Positions 16,273 to 27,200 of a DNA stretch of 64,000 nucleotides are shown here, in pieces (the first letter of the stretch is position 1; each line of letters opens with the position of its first letter). The stretch lies in IMG/VR virus record IMGVR_UViG_3300008259_000347, positions 1-64,000 of that record. One strand, written 5' to 3'. The notes under the pieces were generated by a model that was given only the letters and a program-made list of their open reading frames with translations, did not search any database and had not been told where the DNA came from. The stretch comes from a virus. The position numbers and the translations under genes were made by a program.

Positions 16273-18607
16273 ATGACAAATTTTGTTAAAGAACTTAAAC
16301 AAGGAGCAACCACTGCCTCTGAAAAAATATCTAAAACTGTTTCAGACATAATGACAAAAAATGGAGGATCTGCTACAGGTCCTGCATTAGATCAATTAAA
16401 AAAAGCAGTCATAGGAGGAATTCCTACTTTTGATCCTGCCAGTTTGGGTATACCGGGATTAGACGCAGTAGAGAAAAGGCCAACTAGGACCTATTATTTT
16501 AAAATCTGCTAACGGAGCCCCAGCAGAAAAATTAATTCAAACAGCGTACGGTGCTTATAATTTCTATATGGATAATTTTAAGATGACCACGATAATGGGG
16601 CTTAATGAAACAACAGGAGTTACTAATGCTACCACTGTTTCTTTTTCTGTTATCGAACCATACAGTATGGGATTATTCTTTCAGGCTTTACAGATAGGAG
16701 CATACCAAGCAGGTCATGCCAATTATACTCAAGTGCCATTATTACTAACTTTAGAATGGAAAGGCTGGACTGATTTAAACAAAGAAGTGCCATTAGTGAT
16801 AAGACAGATTCCTATCAAATTAAGAGAATTAGGAATGCAGGTAACTGGTAAAGGGTGTACGTATACTGTAGATGGATATCCTTGGAACGAACAGGCTTTA
16901 TCAAAAACATATAATGAAGTAAAAACAGACATCGGCATAGAGTGCGACAAAGGCGGTCCTTACACTATACAAAATTTACTGCAAAGAGGCCAAAATAGTT
17001 TACAAGCAGTTTTGAATCGCAGATTACAAGAAGCAAAAAAAGGCGGCCGCGTCGATGTTCCAGATGAAATGTTGATAGTGTTCCCTACAGATTTAACATC
17101 TGATCCTAGTAGCACATCCCTTACAGGCAATGAACTAAACGAACGTGGCGCTACATCGTCCCCTAGCTCAGCAGGAGCTTCTGCTTTTTATAATAAATTA
17201 GGAGTCACTGCCGGCGCGAACTCTACAAAAGTTCAAGGAGTAGATAATGGTACAGTTAATCTTATTGGACAAGCTCTTTTAGGGTTCAACGAAAAAATAA
17301 AAGGAGAATCTCCATTTGCCAAAGATGCAGACAGTTACGATAAAGAAAAAGGCATTGTAAAAATTGGATCAATTGAAATTGATTTGAATAACTCTAAGTT
17401 TCATTTTACTCAAGGTGCGTTAATTAGTGATATTATTGTTCAAGTTATATTAAACAGTGATTATGGTAGAAATGCGTTGAATCAAGCACAGCTTACTCCA
17501 GATGGACAGATAGTGTGGTTCAGAGTCGAAACTCAAGTTTATAATATTCCACAAGAGGATGGTAAAACAGGCACTAAACCAAAATGTATAGTATTCAGAG
17601 TAGTGCCTTATAAAGTTGACAGTTCAAGATTTATGCCTGTTAATTCTAAAAAACCAGGATTAGATAAATTAAAAACTCAAGCTTTAAAACAATATGATTA
17701 TATCTATACAGGAAAAAATACTGAAATTTTAAATTTTAATATTGATTTCCAAGCAGGATTTTATACAGCTATGTTTGCCGATAAAGGACAAAATTCTGAA
17801 GGCGAACGTATTAAAGAAAACACAGGTCAAGCAGCAGAGGAAGACAATAGAATTAGAACTCCAGGCAGCGCAAACAGCGGAGGAGTTGGAATTTTCCTAC
17901 CAACAGTGAGAGGCACTTCGGCAGGATTACCTCAAAATCCAACACAGATCAGGTATGACAAAACAGAATCAAAAACAGCCAAACAAGGCGGAGCATCTGC
18001 TTTTGATGATCCGGCCACAGTTGTAGCAAGGCAGTTCCAAGATGTTATAACTAATCAAGCTGATATGATTAATTTAGAGCTTGAAATTTTAGGAGACCCT
18101 TACTATATTACTGATAGTGGTATGGGAAATTATAGTGCTAAGGAAGTTCAGGGCTATGATAACATTACTGGAGATGGATCTGTAAATTATCAAAATGGCG
18201 AAGTTGTTGTAGCAGTTAATTTTAGAACTCCTATAGATATAGATTTACAAAAAGGAATGTATTCTTTTGGAGATACTAGACCAGTAGCACAATTCAGCGG
18301 ACTGTTTAGAGTGATAAGCGTTGACAATACTATCAATACAAATAAATTTACACAAGTGTTGCAGCTGGTAAGATTGCCTGGTCAAGAAGAAAAACTAGAG
18401 GAGAAATCTGCTGTATCAATAGCTAACAATGAAAGTAGTGGGTACACGGCTCAGTCACAAGCTCAAAGAAGTCCTGCTGCTCAATCGGTTAATAATTCAA
18501 GTAGTAGCTATTATGGTAGTACTACTAATCAAACAAACAATATTAATACTTCACCACCAAATCCTGGATTACCGGGAATAGTAAACACCGGAGGAAGATT
18601 CGCATAA
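16273..18607 (+). CDS. Baseplate hub protein (gp27-like), frame-broken near 16475
   Basis: The 79-aa and 679-aa ORFs join by a frame change, with the second frame open from 16472. C-terminal LEILGDPYY and FSGLFRVISVDN...FTQVLQLVR; lies just before the spike gene. Confidence 0.65.
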
Positions 18608-20289
18608 TGGCTATTGAAACAAGACCGCAGTCAGGCAGTACACCCGTTGATCCGGGTCCGTTTTTAGCAAAAGTTGTTAGCCATTTAGACCCTACTTATA
18701 TGGGTTGTTTGGAAGTTCAAGTTATGCGTGAAGTAGGAGGCGATGTTAACAGTGATGGACAGTTGACCACTGTGAAATATCTTAACCCTTTTTATGGAGT
18801 AACTGGCGCGGAGCATGTTACTGACACAGACGATTATAATAATACACAAAAAAGTTATGGAATGTGGTTTGTTCCTCCCGACCCAGGCAGCTTAGTTGTA
18901 GTAATTTTTATTGGAGGTGATCCTCGTAAAGGTTACTGGATTGGTTGTGTACAAGACGAAGGCATGAATTTTATGGTGCCAGGTATTGCTGCCACAGAGT
19001 ATGTAGTAAGTGACACTAAAACAGATGATAGCGAGCGTGTTCCAGTAGCAGAATATAATAAAGTAGCTAATCAAAATACACAAGATCCTACAAAGCGCAC
19101 AAAGCCACAGCACCCTATTACAGAATTTTTAATTAAACAAGGTTTAATACTTGACGACACACGAGGCATTACAACTAGTTCAGCTAGGCGTGAAGTACCA
19201 AGTGCTGTATTTGGAATTAGCACACCTGGACCAGTAGATAAAAACGGAAAAAGAGGTAAAATAGGCAAAGCCGAACACTTAGTCGATGGTGCGTTTGTAA
19301 GCAGACTAGGCGGCTCTACTTTTGTCATGGACGATGGCAATGACAAATTCATACGTAAAACTCCTGCTAGCGATGGCCCACCAGAATATAGTAATTTGCT
19401 CAACGGCGAGACAGACGGCGACAATACTATTCCGCACAATGAATGTATTAGATTTAGAACACGTACCGGCCATCAAATTTTGTTACACAACTCTGAAGAC
19501 TTGATGTACATTGGAAATAGTAAAGGAACTGCGTGGATAGAGTTAACTAGCGATGGCAAGATTGACATTTTTGCCGAGGATAGTATTAGTGTACACACTA
19601 AGCAAGATCTTAACTTTTTTGCTGACAGAGACATAAATTTAGAATGTGTGAGAAATATGAATATCAAAGTCGGTAGTGAATTACATACTCACGTAATGAT
19701 GGATCAAATTTTAATTGTAGACGGCAAGCAAAAAATTCATGTAAAACAGGAAGTAGATAAAACTTATGAACTGTCATATAAACATCATGTGAAAAAAGAT
19801 GTTGAAAAACTATATGATGAAAATCATAAAGTAACAGTACTTAAAGATACAGATTTTAATACCACAGGCCATAATTGGTTTACGGCAGGAAAAACCACTG
19901 AAATCAAGAGCGGTGGTAATCATATTGAAACGGCAGCACTGATACACATGAACGGTCCTTCTGCTTCCGAAGCAGCTAAGGCAGCAGAAGCAGAACTTCC
20001 TCAGAGATTGAAACTTCATACGTTACCTGATCAAGACGAACTGCCGTTAGTACCTTCTATTATGCGTCGAATTATCACACATGAGCCTTATCCACATCAC
20101 GAAAACCTCGACCCTCTTAAAGTTAAACCTGAGCAAACTGATAGAGATATTGAAGGCAGATATGAAGATACTGACGAAGAACAGCTTAAAGATCAAGCAG
20201 AATTTTCAGTAACTATGCTTACACCTGCTAGCAGTTGGAAAACGTATAGTGCTGCTGTGGACCCATTTAGAAAGCTTCAGAGTGACTAA
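18607..20289 (+). CDS. gp5: Baseplate central spike (gp5/VgrG-like: OB fold plus beta-helix)
   Basis: DPTYMGCLEV, SYGMWFVPPDPGSLVVVIF, RTRTGHQI and beta-helix repeats. No lysozyme domain is evident. Confidence 0.85.
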   Translation: MAIETRPQSGSTPVDPGPFLAKVVSHLDPTYMGCLEVQVMREVGGDVNSDGQLTTVKYLNPFYGVTGAEHVTDTDDYNNTQKSYGMWFVPPDPGSLVVVIFIGGDPRKGYWIGCVQDEGMNFMVPGIAATEYVVSDTKTDDSERVPVAEYNKVANQNTQDPTKRTKPQHPITEFLIKQGLILDDTRGITTSSARREVPSAVFGISTPGPVDKNGKRGKIGKAEHLVDGAFVSRLGGSTFVMDDGNDKFIRKTPASDGPPEYSNLLNGETDGDNTIPHNECIRFRTRTGHQILLHNSEDLMYIGNSKGTAWIELTSDGKIDIFAEDSISVHTKQDLNFFADRDINLECVRNMNIKVGSELHTHVMMDQILIVDGKQKIHVKQEVDKTYELSYKHHVKKDVEKLYDENHKVTVLKDTDFNTTGHNWFTAGKTTEIKSGGNHIETAALIHMNGPSASEAAKAAEAELPQRLKLHTLPDQDELPLVPSIMRRIITHEPYPHHENLDPLKVKPEQTDRDIEGRYEDTDEEQLKDQAEFSVTMLTPASSWKTYSAAVDPFRKLQSD

Positions 20290-20300
20290 TAAATAATACT

Positions 20301-20741
20301 ATGAGTTCAAGTTCACGTCTTTATGATAAAATTGTTCTGAGGGGAGACCTAACAGGACAACAAATACCTGGCACTAAAACTTACAAAGGTTTTAGCACTA
20401 TTAGTCCTGACGCTAACAGTTTTGCTTTGTATGATTTGCCTTTGATTAAGCAGGATATTTTAAATCATTTTCATATAAGACAGGGCGAACGTTTAGAAAA
20501 TCCAGAATTCGGAACTATTATCTGGGATTGTTTATTCGAACCTTTAACAGAAGAAGTGAAATCACTTATTCAACAAAATGTAGAATCGATCGTGAACTAC
20601 GATCCACGAGTAATTCCCGATCAAATAGTTGTTACTAGTTACGAAAGCGGCATTCAAATTGAATGTAGACTAACATATCTTCCATACAATATCAGCGAAA
20701 CACTTCAACTTAGATTCGATCAAGCTAACTCCATTTATTAA
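20301..20741 (+). CDS. gp25: Baseplate wedge / sheath initiator (gp25-like)
   Basis: GERLENPEFGTIIWDCLFEP...YDPRV motif. Confidence 0.92.
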   Translation: MSSSSRLYDKIVLRGDLTGQQIPGTKTYKGFSTISPDANSFALYDLPLIKQDILNHFHIRQGERLENPEFGTIIWDCLFEPLTEEVKSLIQQNVESIVNYDPRVIPDQIVVTSYESGIQIECRLTYLPYNISETLQLRFDQANSIY

Positions 20742-20746
20742 TTAAC

Positions 20747-20773
20747 TACGCACATTTCAAAATACGCTAAATA
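20747..20773 (+). promoter_or_regulatory. Bipartite late promoter TACGCA-N15-TAAATA (copy 2)
   Basis: TACGCACATTTCAAAATACGCTAAATA in the gp25-gp6 gap. Confidence 0.65.
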
Positions 20774-20794
20774 TTGTATAATTGGGAATAGCGT

Positions 20795-23700
20795 ATGTCA
20801 GCAACTGATAGACAAAATAGATTACTAGTAGCCGAAGACTGGAAAAGAATTTACCAGACTTTCCGTAACGCAGACTTTCAAAGCTATGATTTTGAAAATC
20901 TTCGTAGGGTGATGATTAATTACATCAGAGAAAATTATCCAGAAGATTTTAATGATTATATTGAAAGTTCTGAGTACCTTGCTCTCATCGACTTGATAGC
21001 TTTTCTAGGTCAAAGCATTAGTTTCCGTACAGATCTTAATGCTAGAGATAACTTCTTAGAACTAGCCGAACGTAGAGAAAGTGTACTGCGTCTTGCTAGA
21101 TTATTAAGTTACAATCCAAAAAGAAACATTACCGGATCAGGACTATTAAAATTTAGTAGCGTAAGTACTACTCAAACAGTTATAGACTCTAATGGCCGCA
21201 ATCTTTCCGGACAAAATATTTTATGGAACGATCCAGCAAATGCTAACTGGTATGATCAATTCATTAAAGTAGTAAATGCTGCGCTGCCAGCTAGTAGACA
21301 GTTTGGTAATCCAGACGACAAAAATACTATCTACGGCATTCCTACCGAACAATACAGATTCCAAAGTGCTAATACAGATGCTCCAGTTTATACATTTCAA
21401 AAAGCAGTCGATGGTAGAACTATGCCTTTTGAAATTGTGTCTACAATTTTTAGAAATTCGCAAGACATTTACGAAGAGCCGCCTGCTGTAGGTAATAGAT
21501 TGGCCTTTATTTTTAGAAATGATGGCAAGGGCAATGCTAGTGTTAATACAGGATTTTTTCTACATTTTAGACAGGGAATTTTAAGTCAAGGAACGTTTGA
21601 TATTACACAGCCCAGTACTAGTGAAAGTATTGATATTGATGCTGTTAATATTAATAATTCAGATATCTGGTTATACAGATTAGATCAAAACGGATTAGAA
21701 ACAGAATATTGGCAACAGGTTCCAAGTTTAGAAGGCAACAATATCATCTATAACAGTCTTAAAAAATCTATTAAAAACATTTACAGTGTGATTACTAGAG
21801 CAGGCGACAGAGTGAGTTTATTATTCAGCGATGGAACATTTGGTAATATACCAAGAGGAACCTTTAGGGTTTACTATAGAACAAGTACAGGGATAAGCTA
21901 TACAATTAATCCACGAGATATTAGAAATATCAGTATTGCTATTCCTTATATTAGTAATAACGCACAAGTAGAAACTCTAACTATTAATTTAAGTTTACAA
22001 TCTAGTGTTGATAATAGTTCAGAAGCAGAAAGTAACGATAGTATTAAATCAAGAGCTCCATCTACTTATTATACACAAAATAGAATGATTACTGCTGAAG
22101 ATTACAACATCAGTCCTCTCAGTGTTAACCAACAAGTTATTAAGATTAAAGCAGTTAATAGAAGTGCCAGCGGTATTAGTAGATATTTTGATTTAGTAGA
22201 TCCTACTGGAAAATATAGTAAGACTAATTTGTTTGCTGACGACGGAATTCTTTATAAAGAAGAATTCACAGATAGTTTTAAATTCAATTATCAAAATAGA
22301 ACAGATATTGAAGCAGTAATTTACAATCAAGTTATTGAAGCACTTAAATCTGCTACTCTTAGAGATTTTTATTATAGTAACTTTACTACCGTTGTAACTG
22401 ATTCTTTATCTGTAGCATGGTATCGAAGAACAGTGGACACTAATCTATGTACAGGTTATATTAGTGATATTAGAGATTCTAGTATTGCTTATGACACTGA
22501 TCCAACTCCTTATAAATTAGGAACTTTTACTAGTACTGCTCTTAGATTTATGACACCAGGTGCCTTGGTAGAATTTAGACCCCCTGAAGGATTTTATTTT
22601 GATAAAGCAGATGACAATAAACTTGTTCGAGGCACAGCCACAGTAAAAGATTCAGTGACCAGTTTGTGGTGTAAAGTAGTTGGTGTATCCGGTGACGGCA
22701 CCGCAGGCGGTGACGGTATTTTTGCCGACGGCACAGGGCCACTCAGCTTTAATGACATCGTACCACAGGGTGCTATAATCTATCAAATTATTCCTGCTTG
22801 GAGAACAACTTTAGATAATAGCACAGTATCTACAATGATAGACTTAATTTTTGCTAATAAGCCTTTTGGGTTACGATACGATACACAAAGTCGAACATGG
22901 AAGATTGTGTTTGAAGTTAACTTGAGTATCAATAGCAGATTTAGTCTAGGTAAGCAAGGCGACAACAGTAATCAACAATTAGATGCTAGTTGGCTGTTAT
23001 TGTTTACTACTGATACTGAATTTTATACTGTAAAATCTAGACTTTTACGTTATATTTTTGAAAGTGCTAATCAAGTTAGATTCTATTTTGATGCTAGCGA
23101 TAAAATTTACGACACACGAAATAATACCACAGTTAAGGACAAAATTAGAATTTTAAATATCAATACTCAGCCTGATAACACTATTCCTTTTACCATAGAT
23201 AGAGACTGGGAAGTAAGTGAAGAATTTAAAGGTCTTGACGGTTATGTTGATACTAAAAAGATACAAGTTACTTTTAGTGACACTGATGACGACGGTGTAG
23301 TAGATAATCCGACTATATTTGAAGATCTAGTTGCTCCTAATGTTGCCCCTTCTAATAAAAAAATTGTGTTAGAAAAATATGAAATATCAACAGGACAAGA
23401 AGATTATCGTTGGATGAATAATAATCAAACAGTTATTTTCACATCATCTTTAGATTCTTTTCAAAACCTAGGAATAATTCCAGATGGCCAATATGTATAT
23501 GCTGAAGATGCGGATGCGGTTTTTAAATTTAGTCTAGCAAGTGCTACTTTTGAGTTGTCTACTGATTATAAAGTTTATGTAGGACGCTCTGGATTTAAAT
23601 TTCAGTACATTCATAATGCTGATTATGAATCAAGAATTGATCCAGGAATTACAAATTTAATAGACATTTATGTGCTCACTAAACAATACGATCAAAATTT

Positions 23701-24271
23701 TAGACAATGGCTTAATGGTTCGTTAGACACTGAACCATTGCCTCCAAGTCAGGACACATTGTTTAGTTTAATGAGTACAGAGTTGAATAAAATAAAGTCA
23801 ATCAGTGATGAGATAGTGTATCATCCAGTAAAGTACAAAATTCTATTTGGAGAAAAAGCTACTCAAGATGTACAGGCAACATTTAAAATTGTTAAAAATT
23901 CAGAATTAGTAATTAGTGACAATGATATTAAATCAAGTGCTGTATCTGCTATCAACGAATTCTTCAGTTTAGAAAACTGGGAATTTGGAGAAACTTTTTA
24001 TTTTACAGAATTAGCTACCTATGTAATGAATAGACTAGCACCATATGCTGTAAACTTTGTTATTGTTCCTAAGCAAACAGGTCTTTCTTTCGGAGCATTG
24101 TACGAAATTAAATGCGAAAAAGATCAAATTTTTGTAAACGGTGCTACCGTAAATGATTTAGAAGTTATCACAGCTATCACAGCAAGTAAGTTAAAAGCAA
24201 GTGGGGCTATTATAGCAAGTCGCACAGCAACAGGACAACAAATTATAACTAGCGCAGGAATTGAAGACTAA
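20795..24271 (+). CDS. gp6: Baseplate wedge protein (gp6-like), enlarged
   Basis: DFENLR...DFNDYIESS, FLELAERRESVLRLARLLSYNPKR, FSDGTFGNIP and TQNRMITAEDY. Confidence 0.9.
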   Translation: MSATDRQNRLLVAEDWKRIYQTFRNADFQSYDFENLRRVMINYIRENYPEDFNDYIESSEYLALIDLIAFLGQSISFRTDLNARDNFLELAERRESVLRLARLLSYNPKRNITGSGLLKFSSVSTTQTVIDSNGRNLSGQNILWNDPANANWYDQFIKVVNAALPASRQFGNPDDKNTIYGIPTEQYRFQSANTDAPVYTFQKAVDGRTMPFEIVSTIFRNSQDIYEEPPAVGNRLAFIFRNDGKGNASVNTGFFLHFRQGILSQGTFDITQPSTSESIDIDAVNINNSDIWLYRLDQNGLETEYWQQVPSLEGNNIIYNSLKKSIKNIYSVITRAGDRVSLLFSDGTFGNIPRGTFRVYYRTSTGISYTINPRDIRNISIAIPYISNNAQVETLTINLSLQSSVDNSSEAESNDSIKSRAPSTYYTQNRMITAEDYNISPLSVNQQVIKIKAVNRSASGISRYFDLVDPTGKYSKTNLFADDGILYKEEFTDSFKFNYQNRTDIEAVIYNQVIEALKSATLRDFYYSNFTTVVTDSLSVAWYRRTVDTNLCTGYISDIRDSSIAYDTDPTPYKLGTFTSTALRFMTPGALVEFRPPEGFYFDKADDNKLVRGTATVKDSVTSLWCKVVGVSGDGTAGGDGIFADGTGPLSFNDIVPQGAIIYQIIPAWRTTLDNSTVSTMIDLIFANKPFGLRYDTQSRTWKIVFEVNLSINSRFSLGKQGDNSNQQLDASWLLLFTTDTEFYTVKSRLLRYIFESANQVRFYFDASDKIYDTRNNTTVKDKIRILNINTQPDNTIPFTIDRDWEVSEEFKGLDGYVDTKKIQVTFSDTDDDGVVDNPTIFEDLVAPNVAPSNKKIVLEKYEISTGQEDYRWMNNNQTVIFTSSLDSFQNLGIIPDGQYVYAEDADAVFKFSLASATFELSTDYKVYVGRSGFKFQYIHNADYESRIDPGITNLIDIYVLTKQYDQNFRQWLNGSLDTEPLPPSQDTLFSLMSTELNKIKSISDEIVYHPVKYKILFGEKATQDVQATFKIVKNSELVISDNDIKSSAVSAINEFFSLENWEFGETFYFTELATYVMNRLAPYAVNFVIVPKQTGLSFGALYEIKCEKDQIFVNGATVNDLEVITAITASKLKASGAIIASRTATGQQIITSAGIED

Positions 24272-27200
24272 TGGCAAATAACGATCAAGAAGAATCTGGA
24301 CTACCAATTGGCGGCAATGAGCCAAGAAAAACTGCTAATCTACTACCTAGATTTTATAGAACATCCAGTAATAAAAAATTTTTACAAGCCACGTTAGATC
24401 AACTAACACAGCCTGGAAAAGTTAAAAAATTAAATGGGTTTATTGGAAGACAAAATGCCAAAGCAGCCAAGTCTGACGACATTTATATCGCTGCCACTGA
24501 TAAAAATAGACAAGATTATCAGTTAGAACCTGCTGCGGTAATACAAGATAAATTTGAAAATGTTACCTTTTATAAAGACTATAATGATTTTATTAATCAA
24601 GTAAATGTGTTCGGAGGTGATGTTAAGAATCACGAAAGACTGAATAAACAAGAGTCTTATAGTTGGAATCCTCACGTTGATTGGGACAAGTTTGTTAATT
24701 TCCAAAATTATTATTGGTTAGCCTACGGTCCTGACGTTATTAAAGTATTCGGGCAACAGCTAGAAATTGAAAGCACATACACTGTTGATCTAGTTGACGA
24801 AGACGATAATTATGCGTTTTTATTCAGTCCAAACGGTTTAACAAGAAATCCAATCTTAAGATTATTCAGAGGGCAAACTTATAACTTTACTGTTAACAGC
24901 CCTGGTAATCCATTTAGTTTTAAGTTATCAAGAACAGGCAGCGACTTAGATAGATACACCAAAGGAGTCAGCGCATTTGCTGTTGAAGAAGGTGTTATAA
25001 CTTTTAAAGTTAGAAAAGATGCTCCTGATTTATTATACTATGTAAACGAAAAAGATCCTACTGCTGGCGGTGTTATACAAATATTAGACATTGAAGAAAA
25101 TACTTTTTTAGATTTACAAAAAGATATTTTAGGAAAAAAAGATTATACTTTAACATCGGGAATTAAGTTATCCAATGGCATGAAACTTAATTTTGAAGGC
25201 AATGTAAGTCCTGCTGAATATAAGGAAGGTAATTGGTATGTAGACGGAGTAGGTACAGGTATTACACTTATTCCTGAATCAGCATTGGAAATTATCAGTA
25301 CCTATACTGAAGAATCTGAATTACTGTTTGATGATACGGCATTTGATAAAGATCCGTTTAGCGTTGCTAGTGCGTATCCACGAGACAATGATTATATTGT
25401 CATGGCAAGAGGATCTAAAGATAGAAATCCTTGGAGTAGATATAATCGCTGGTTCCATGGGGATGTTATCAAAGTATCAGCAGAAGCTAATGGAAAAATT
25501 CCAGACACTGATCAAAGTCTAAGAGCAACTCGTCCTATTATAGAATTTGAAGCAAATTTAAAACTTTATAATTTTGGACATGTGGCTAAAAAAGATATTG
25601 ATTTAATAGATACATTTACTACAGATGTTTTTTCTACTATAGAAGGCACCGCAGGATATAATGTAGACGGTATTGATTTGGCTCCCAATATGCGAGTTTT
25701 ATTTACAGCAGATAAGGATAGACTAGTAAAAGATAAAATTTTTAAAGTGAATTTTGTCACAATTACTATACCGCAACGTCAAATTGAATTTGTTACAGAT
25801 TCAACAGTAAATCCAAATACAGACATTATAACTTTTGCTTCTGATCATTTTTTAAGCACAGGATCACAAGTCACATATCTGAATAATGGAAATGACAGTA
25901 TCAATGGATTAACCAATAGACAGCAGTATTATGTGTTTGTAGTCAGTGCTACACAGATTAAATTGTTTACTGATAGTAAATTAACAAAGCAAGTGGATTT
26001 ACTATCAAGAGGCACAGGAATCCATAAGTTTGAAGTTTTTTCAGGTCGTAGACGACAAATTAACTTAGTAGAAGAGCCAGATGCCGCACCTCTTCATTAT
26101 GAAACTGTATTAGTTAAACTAGGCAATACTTATAAAGGTAAGATGTATTGGTACAATGGTGCCGATTGGAAACTAGCTCAGACTAAAACAACAGTTAATC
26201 AGCCAATTCATTTTGACATATTTGATGTTGACGGTAACAGCTACGGCGATAACAGTGTGTATGATGGTTCCACTTTCAACGGTAATAAAATTTTTAGTTA
26301 TAAAACAGGAACCGGCGCAAATGATAAGGTATTAGGGTTTCCTTTAAGTTACAAAAATATTAATAATGTTGGGGATATTGTTTTTACCTTTGATTTACTA
26401 CAGGGATCTTTCAACTATAAAACTTTGACATCTTTACAATCTAAACGCACAGATATTGGATTCGTGAGAAAATTTTCTGGCTTAGACACATGGACTTATG
26501 AAAATGGATGGAAGAAGTCTGAAATTCTAAATCTACAACCAGTAGTAAGAGTTTTTAAAGAATCAGGATTAATAAACGATTTTCCTATAGATGTATATGA
26601 CAATACTGACGATCTAGCAGATCTGGAAGTAAGAGTATATGTAAACGAACGCAGATTAAATCGCGAAGAATATACCTTAGAAAGAGGTGTAGTAAGATTT
26701 ATAGTTGTACTAGACAATGATGTTGCCTTGACTGATATTGTTACCTTAAGATGTTTTGCCAAACAGCCAAAAAATGAAAATGGTTATTATGAATTACCTA
26801 TTTCTTTACAAAATAATCCGTTAAACAAAAACTTAGAAAGTTTTACCTTAGGTGAAGTTGTTGATCATGTAAATTCTATTGTTGATAATATCACGGACTT
26901 TAAAGGAGTATTTCCAGGTAACGGTAATTTAAGAGATTTAGGAAACCTTACTGCGTATGGATCAAGAGTAGTTCAGCACAGTAGCCCATTAAACTTGCCT
27001 CTTTATCATTTAACCAAAGCTGACATAAATGTAGTCAAATCAATTATACAAGCACAAGAAGACTATGCTACCTTTAAGAGAACTTTCTTAATTACATCTG
27101 GAACTACCGGTGTGGAAATGGACGCTCGTAGGCATGTTGATTTGATTCTTGAAACTATGTTAAAGGACAAGCCTAAAACATCCACTTATTATCTTTCTGA

